This document shows, one piece after another, positions 60,330 through 64,000 of a stretch of DNA of 64,000 nucleotides. The stretch is from assembly GCA_020349945.1 (NCBI GenBank), contig CP070704.1, positions 1,993,749 through 2,057,748 on the forward strand. Reading direction: 5' to 3'. This DNA is from Deltaproteobacteria bacterium (lineage in GTDB: Bacteria > Desulfobacterota > DSM-4660 > Desulfatiglandales > B25-G16). The position numbers and the translations under genes were made by a program. The number at the start of each line of letters is the position of its first letter. The first letter of the stretch is position 1. The notes under the pieces are model-generated. The model did not search any database and was not told the DNA's origin. It saw only the letters and a list, made by a program, of their open reading frames with translations.

Positions 60330-62768
60330 ATGAGCGAGAAGGGTATTGAGGTGATCCGAACTACTACGTGGTCAGCTGGGCCTGGTTGCCACGGAGGTTG
60401 TGGCGTGCTGGCCTATGTTAAAGATGGGAGGCTCGTAAAGATCGAAGGTGATCCGGAGCATCCTTGGAATCAAGGACGCCTGTGCTCTAGATGCCTGGCA
60501 ATCACCCAGTACCTCTATCATCCCGACCGTCTCAGGCACCCACTAAAAAGGGTAGGCAAGAGAGGGGAGGGGAAATGGCAACGCATCTCCTGGCATGAGG
60601 CCTTTGACCTCATTGAGAAAAAGATGAAGGGTATTCGAGAGGTATATGGTGCGGAGAGTATGATATTTCTTCAGGGCACGGGCAGAGACATCGGCGGATG
60701 GATCTCAATGCTGGCCTATGCTTACGGGAGTCCGAACTGGGTCTTCGGGCTCAGCGGGCTAGCCTGCTACACTCCAAGATTGATGGTGATGTGGATCACC
60801 CAGGGAGACCACTGCGTAGCAGACGCTTCCCAGTGGTTGCCACAGCGGTATGATGATCCAGATTATCAGATCCCAAGGTGCATCATGGTGTGGGGTCAGA
60901 GCCTCCCCGCCTCGTGCCCTGATGGGTTCTTTGGGCACTGGATTGTTGACCTGATGAAAAGGGGCTCAGAGCTTGTAGTTATTGATCCCAGATGCACCTG
61001 GCTAGCCTCCCGGGCCAAAATATGGCTACAAATTAGGCCGGGGACTGATGCTGCACTGGCACTATGCTTTCTCAACATTATCATCAATGAGGGGCTCTAT
61101 GACGAGGAATTTGTCAAGAAATGGACAAATGCACCGTTTCTGGTCAGGGTAGATGATAGCAAGAAAAAGCTTCTCAGGGAGAGCGACCTGAGAGGCAATG
61201 GAGGGCAGGACAATTTCGTGGTTTGGGATATGACGACCAATCAGCCTAGAATCTGGAGATCCGCCCTGGCAGAATATGCCTCTCCAGATGTAAATCCAAC
61301 ATGTGAGGGCACCTATAAGATTACGCTAGCCAATGGAGAGGTTGCCAGATGCAAGACAGTGTGGACGGCCTTAAAGGAGAGTGTGAGTGAATATTCACCA
61401 GAGAAGGTCGCTGAAATCACGTGGGCACGGCCGGAAAAAATCGTGGAGGCAGCCCGCTTTTATGCCAAAAGCAGGCCAGCGTCATTACACTGGGGCTTGC
61501 CTATAGATACCATCCCGAGCACTACCCCTACGGCACAAGCCATCGCCCATCTGTGGTGTTTGACCGGCAACCTGGATGTACCCGGCGGCAATGTGATCGC
61601 TCGCTATCCACTTGATGTCGTTACCTATCCCTTTCACTCGGGAGCGGGGATGTTGAGCCTGCCCCCTGAAGTTCATGAGAAAAGGATTGGCACGTGGAAA
61701 TACGGACCACTTAAGGACTTCCGTGCCTGGGCCCATCCAGATACCGTCCTGGAGCAAATCTTCACTGAGGATCCCTACCCGATTAAGGGCATGTGGATCC
61801 AAACTGCTAACCCGATTGCCTGCACTGGACTGGAACCCAGGAAGTGGGACGAGGCACTGAAGAAGCTGGACTTTGTTGCTGTCATTGACTTGTTCATGAC
61901 GCCAACAGCCATGCTTGCTGATGTAGTACTCCCGGCGGCCACCTTCTTGGAAAAGAACAGTCTCAAGGCATGGTGGGTACCGCTTCAGGCTATTAATAAG
62001 GTGCTCACTGTAAGGGAGTGCAAGACAGACATTGAGATAAATTTTGAACTGGCGAAGCGGTTCAACCCCGAGTTTCCTTGGAAGAGCATTGAGGAGATGT
62101 ACGACCATATTCTTAAGCCATCGGGCATGACCTACAAGGAGCTCGGCAAGAAGGGCTGGGTTCTTCCCCCAAAAGGGCATCCCACTGCACCTTACCGCAG
62201 GTATGAAAAAGGACTGCTGCGCCCTGACAAAAAGCCGGGCTTTTTGACGCCCTCGGGCAAGATTGAACTTTATTCTTCTTGGCTCGAGCATTGGAAACTC
62301 GAACCCCTCCCATATTACGAGGAGCCCCCATTCAGCCCAATCAGTACTCCTGACCTTTATAAGGAATATCCTCTGATTATGACGACTGGTCGGAGGTCGT
62401 CGGCCTACTTCCATTCAGAACATAGGATGATCCCATGGCTAAGGGAGATAGAGCCTGATCCGATAATTGAGATCCATCCTGAAACAGCCGAGCAACTTGG
62501 CATTAAAGATGGTGACCTGGTATGGGTGGAAAACTGGCTTGGCAAATGCCGACGCAAGGCTAGGGTCACCCCTGTAGTACATCCGGAGATAGTCATGGTA
62601 ACGCACGGTTGGTGGCTACCGGAAAAACCAGGCCCGGAACCTTCCTTATTTGGCGTCTGGGAGGTGAACGTAAATCAGCTCATCCCGATGGGGCATACAG
62701 GTAAGTCGGGGTATGGATGCCCCCTGAAGAGTATCCTCTGCAAGGTTTATAAGACAGGAGGCGAATAA
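60330..62768 (+). CDS. Cytoplasmic molybdopterin (Mo/W-bis-MGD) oxidoreductase, DMSO-reductase superfamily; substrate unknown
   Basis: 812 aa. An N-terminal FeS-domain-like segment (GCHGGCGVLAYVKDGRLVKIEGDPEHPWNQGRLCSRC), MopB core blocks (FLQGTGRD, VVIDPRCT, RPGTDAAL) and a C-terminal MGD-binding barrel (PLIMTTGRR..YFHSE, IHPETA..LGI.DGD.V.VEN..G). No twin-arginine signal. Confidence 0.8.
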   Translation: MSEKGIEVIRTTTWSAGPGCHGGCGVLAYVKDGRLVKIEGDPEHPWNQGRLCSRCLAITQYLYHPDRLRHPLKRVGKRGEGKWQRISWHEAFDLIEKKMKGIREVYGAESMIFLQGTGRDIGGWISMLAYAYGSPNWVFGLSGLACYTPRLMVMWITQGDHCVADASQWLPQRYDDPDYQIPRCIMVWGQSLPASCPDGFFGHWIVDLMKRGSELVVIDPRCTWLASRAKIWLQIRPGTDAALALCFLNIIINEGLYDEEFVKKWTNAPFLVRVDDSKKKLLRESDLRGNGGQDNFVVWDMTTNQPRIWRSALAEYASPDVNPTCEGTYKITLANGEVARCKTVWTALKESVSEYSPEKVAEITWARPEKIVEAARFYAKSRPASLHWGLPIDTIPSTTPTAQAIAHLWCLTGNLDVPGGNVIARYPLDVVTYPFHSGAGMLSLPPEVHEKRIGTWKYGPLKDFRAWAHPDTVLEQIFTEDPYPIKGMWIQTANPIACTGLEPRKWDEALKKLDFVAVIDLFMTPTAMLADVVLPAATFLEKNSLKAWWVPLQAINKVLTVRECKTDIEINFELAKRFNPEFPWKSIEEMYDHILKPSGMTYKELGKKGWVLPPKGHPTAPYRRYEKGLLRPDKKPGFLTPSGKIELYSSWLEHWKLEPLPYYEEPPFSPISTPDLYKEYPLIMTTGRRSSAYFHSEHRMIPWLREIEPDPIIEIHPETAEQLGIKDGDLVWVENWLGKCRRKARVTPVVHPEIVMVTHGWWLPEKPGPEPSLFGVWEVNVNQLIPMGHTGKSGYGCPLKSILCKVYKTGGE

Positions 62769-63101
62769 GTGAATGACTACGCTTTGCTAGTTGATTATGA
62801 ATACTGCACCGGCTGTCATGCCTGTGAAGTTGCCTGCAAACAGGAGCACCGCATACCTGCTAAGAAGCCAGGTGGGATTAAGATTATCGAATTAATCGAA
62901 GAACTTCCTGGGAGAAAGCTAGACATCACTTACTTCCCGCTCTTAACGCGTTTCTGCCTTTTCTGTGCCCCTCGGGTTAAGAGGGGCCTTTTGCCTGCTT
63001 GCGTAAAGCACTGCATGGCACAATGCCTGAAATTTGGGCGTGCGGAGGAATTGGCCAAGAAAACTCCCCGGAAACGAAGGGCAGTTCTCTGGGCACGATG
63101 A
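62769..63101 (+). CDS. Small 4Fe-4S dicluster ferredoxin-like subunit (GTG start directly after the upstream stop)
   Basis: CTGCHACEVAC (Cx2Cx2Cx3C), then CLFCAPRVKRGLLPACVKHCMAQC. Only 110 aa, versus the usual ~200-270-aa four-cluster beta subunits. Confidence 0.65.
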   Translation: MNDYALLVDYEYCTGCHACEVACKQEHRIPAKKPGGIKIIELIEELPGRKLDITYFPLLTRFCLFCAPRVKRGLLPACVKHCMAQCLKFGRAEELAKKTPRKRRAVLWAR

Positions 63102-63178
63102 GATACCCTCAATCTACAATAACGCCTGAGCCCTCAGGGCAAAAGGGACAATTGCGGCGATGAGAATCTAATTAAGGT

Positions 63179-63196
63179 TTGGTGCTAAAGCACCAA
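63179..63196 (+). other. Intercistronic stem-loop
   Basis: TTGGTGC-taaa-GCACCAA (7-bp stem, 4-nt loop) between the ferredoxin gene and dctQ, with no following T-run. Confidence 0.4.
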
Positions 63197-63210
63197 GGGC
63201 TTCAGTCGGA

Positions 63211-63711
63211 TTGAGAGCGTTGAGTATGTTTTCTTTTCAGAAAAATTCCCTTTTGTTGGCCCGTAGATTAGACATGATAGCAGCAATGGCCATTGTTGCC
63301 ATGATGTCTCTTACCTGCGCTGACGTGATCTTGCGCATGTTTCGCAAACCCATCCCTGGAACATATGAGATTGTCTCCTTTTTAGGGGCGGTAGCTGTAT
63401 CCTTTGCCATGGCTCATACAACGGCAGAGAGGGGTCATGTAGCCGTCAGCCTTATTGTGCAGCTCTTTCCTAAAAGGTTGCAGGGCATTATTGAGGGTGT
63501 AATCTCAATCTTTGGAATCATACTGTTTGGCCTCATTGCCTGGCAGAGTGTCTTGTATGGTATGGACTGTCAAAGGTCAGGGGAGGTTTCTTTGACCTTG
63601 CAGCTACCTTTTTATCCAGTGATATACGGGCTGGCCGTGGGTGCAGTGGTTGTCTGTCTGGTTCTTTTGGCGAATCTCCTAGAGGCTATAGGTAAGGTGA
63701 AAGATACATGA
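63211..63711 (+). CDS. dctQ: TRAP transporter small permease subunit (second system)
   Basis: 4 TM segments, about 160 aa. Its stop overlaps the start of the following large-permease gene (ATGA). The start is TTG 63211 or ATG 63226. Confidence 0.75.
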   Translation: MRALSMFSFQKNSLLLARRLDMIAAMAIVAMMSLTCADVILRMFRKPIPGTYEIVSFLGAVAVSFAMAHTTAERGHVAVSLIVQLFPKRLQGIIEGVISIFGIILFGLIAWQSVLYGMDCQRSGEVSLTLQLPFYPVIYGLAVGAVVVCLVLLANLLEAIGKVKDT

Positions 63712-64000
63712 GTCTGACTGCAATCGGTACAATTGGCCTTATCATCTTGGTAATCCTTCTTTTCTCCAAGATGCCCGTTGGCTTTGTCATGGCATTTCTT
63801 GGGTTTCTTGGCTTCAGTTATGTGGTCTCCACCAATGCAGGCCTTAGTTTATTGGCCAAGGATGTATTTGAAACATTCTCTTCCTATAGCTTAACGGTTA
63901 TTCCGCTCTTTATTTTTATGGGTCAGATTGCGTTTCATTCTGGAATCAGCAGAAGGTTATATGACTCCGTTTATGTATTTATGGGACACTACAGGGGTGG
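63708..64000 (+). CDS. dctM: TRAP transporter large permease subunit, 5' part (runs off the window)
   Basis: From ATG 63708: MSLTAIGTIGLIILVILLFSKMPVGFVMAFLGFLGF..., a typical DctM N-terminus. Open to the window end. Confidence 0.75.
   Translation, partial: MSLTAIGTIGLIILVILLFSKMPVGFVMAFLGFLGFSYVVSTNAGLSLLAKDVFETFSSYSLTVIPLFIFMGQIAFHSGISRRLYDSVYVFMGHYRG

Noticed and set aside
60330-62768. A selenocysteine (in-frame TGA) or Tat signal in the Mo/W oxidoreductase
   Set aside because: The ORF is uninterrupted with no in-frame TGA, and the N-terminus (MSEKGIEVIRTTTW) has no RRxFLK motif.

Overview
This 64-kb bacterial chromosomal window holds about 60 protein genes (most on the minus strand), one tRNA-Pro(TGG), and no rRNA, CRISPR array, transposase or prophage genes that I can see. 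The gene content suggests an anaerobe, possibly Desulfobacterota- or Nitrospirota-like: tungsten-type aldehyde:ferredoxin oxidoreductase, two TRAP transporters, FolE2, archaeal-type inositol-1-phosphate synthase, a UPF0280 protein, a B12-radical SAM enzyme and a cytoplasmic Mo/W-bis-MGD enzyme. That taxonomic guess is inference only.

Main blocks, in order:
- 1-2.4 kb: tail of a sigma-54 activator, then a CPBP protease and a polytopic HEAT-repeat protein.
- 2.6-4.8 kb: an AICARFT-only PurH-like gene and folE2.
- 5-7.2 kb: tRNA-Pro followed by small accessory-like genes (HNH, esterase, HTH, ubiquitin-fold).
- 7.3-12 kb: inositol-1-phosphate synthase, class I aldolase and Zn-ADH, divergent from a Na+/solute symporter.
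- 13.4-16.8 kb: a nitrilase-superfamily / PLP-dehydratase / FAH / flavin-reductase operon.
- 17.9-21.8 kb: def-like, TraB/GumN, lgt and rhomboid genes.
- 24.1-30.1 kb: a co-directional arsenic/thiol-redox island (arsR, ArsP-like permease, two Trx-like genes, acr3, ArsF/ArsG-like pair, rhodanese, DoxX/MauE).
- 31.3-36.1 kb: a RadC-like JAB protein and a 1292-aa UvrD-helicase/Fe-S PD-(D/E)XK nuclease fusion.
- 37-39 kb: a GC-rich dehydrogenase/aldolase pair.
- 39-45.4 kb: OmpA, TonB, HD, UPF0280, guaB and ppx genes.
- 46.5-51.4 kb: radical SAM, serA and adenine deaminase.
- 51.9-58.2 kb: a class-III aminotransferase, AOR and TRAP operon.
- 58.8-64 kb: thiolase divergent from a Mo/W oxidoreductase, a mini-ferredoxin and a second TRAP.

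I found no canonical defence, toxin or mobile system. The most unusual items are:
- the RadC / helicase-nuclease pair;
- the extended ars/thiol island;
- the atypical Mo/W enzyme module;
- the aminotransferase-AOR-TRAP module;
- at least five clear short gene remnants in 'intergenic' DNA (pcm, DUF4015-like, Fe-ADH, dodecin, ald), plus a HEAT-like split ORF and further unidentified fragments;
- roughly 60-68% GC patches in a roughly 40% GC background (spot counts only).

All homology calls come from motif recognition by eye, not from searches.
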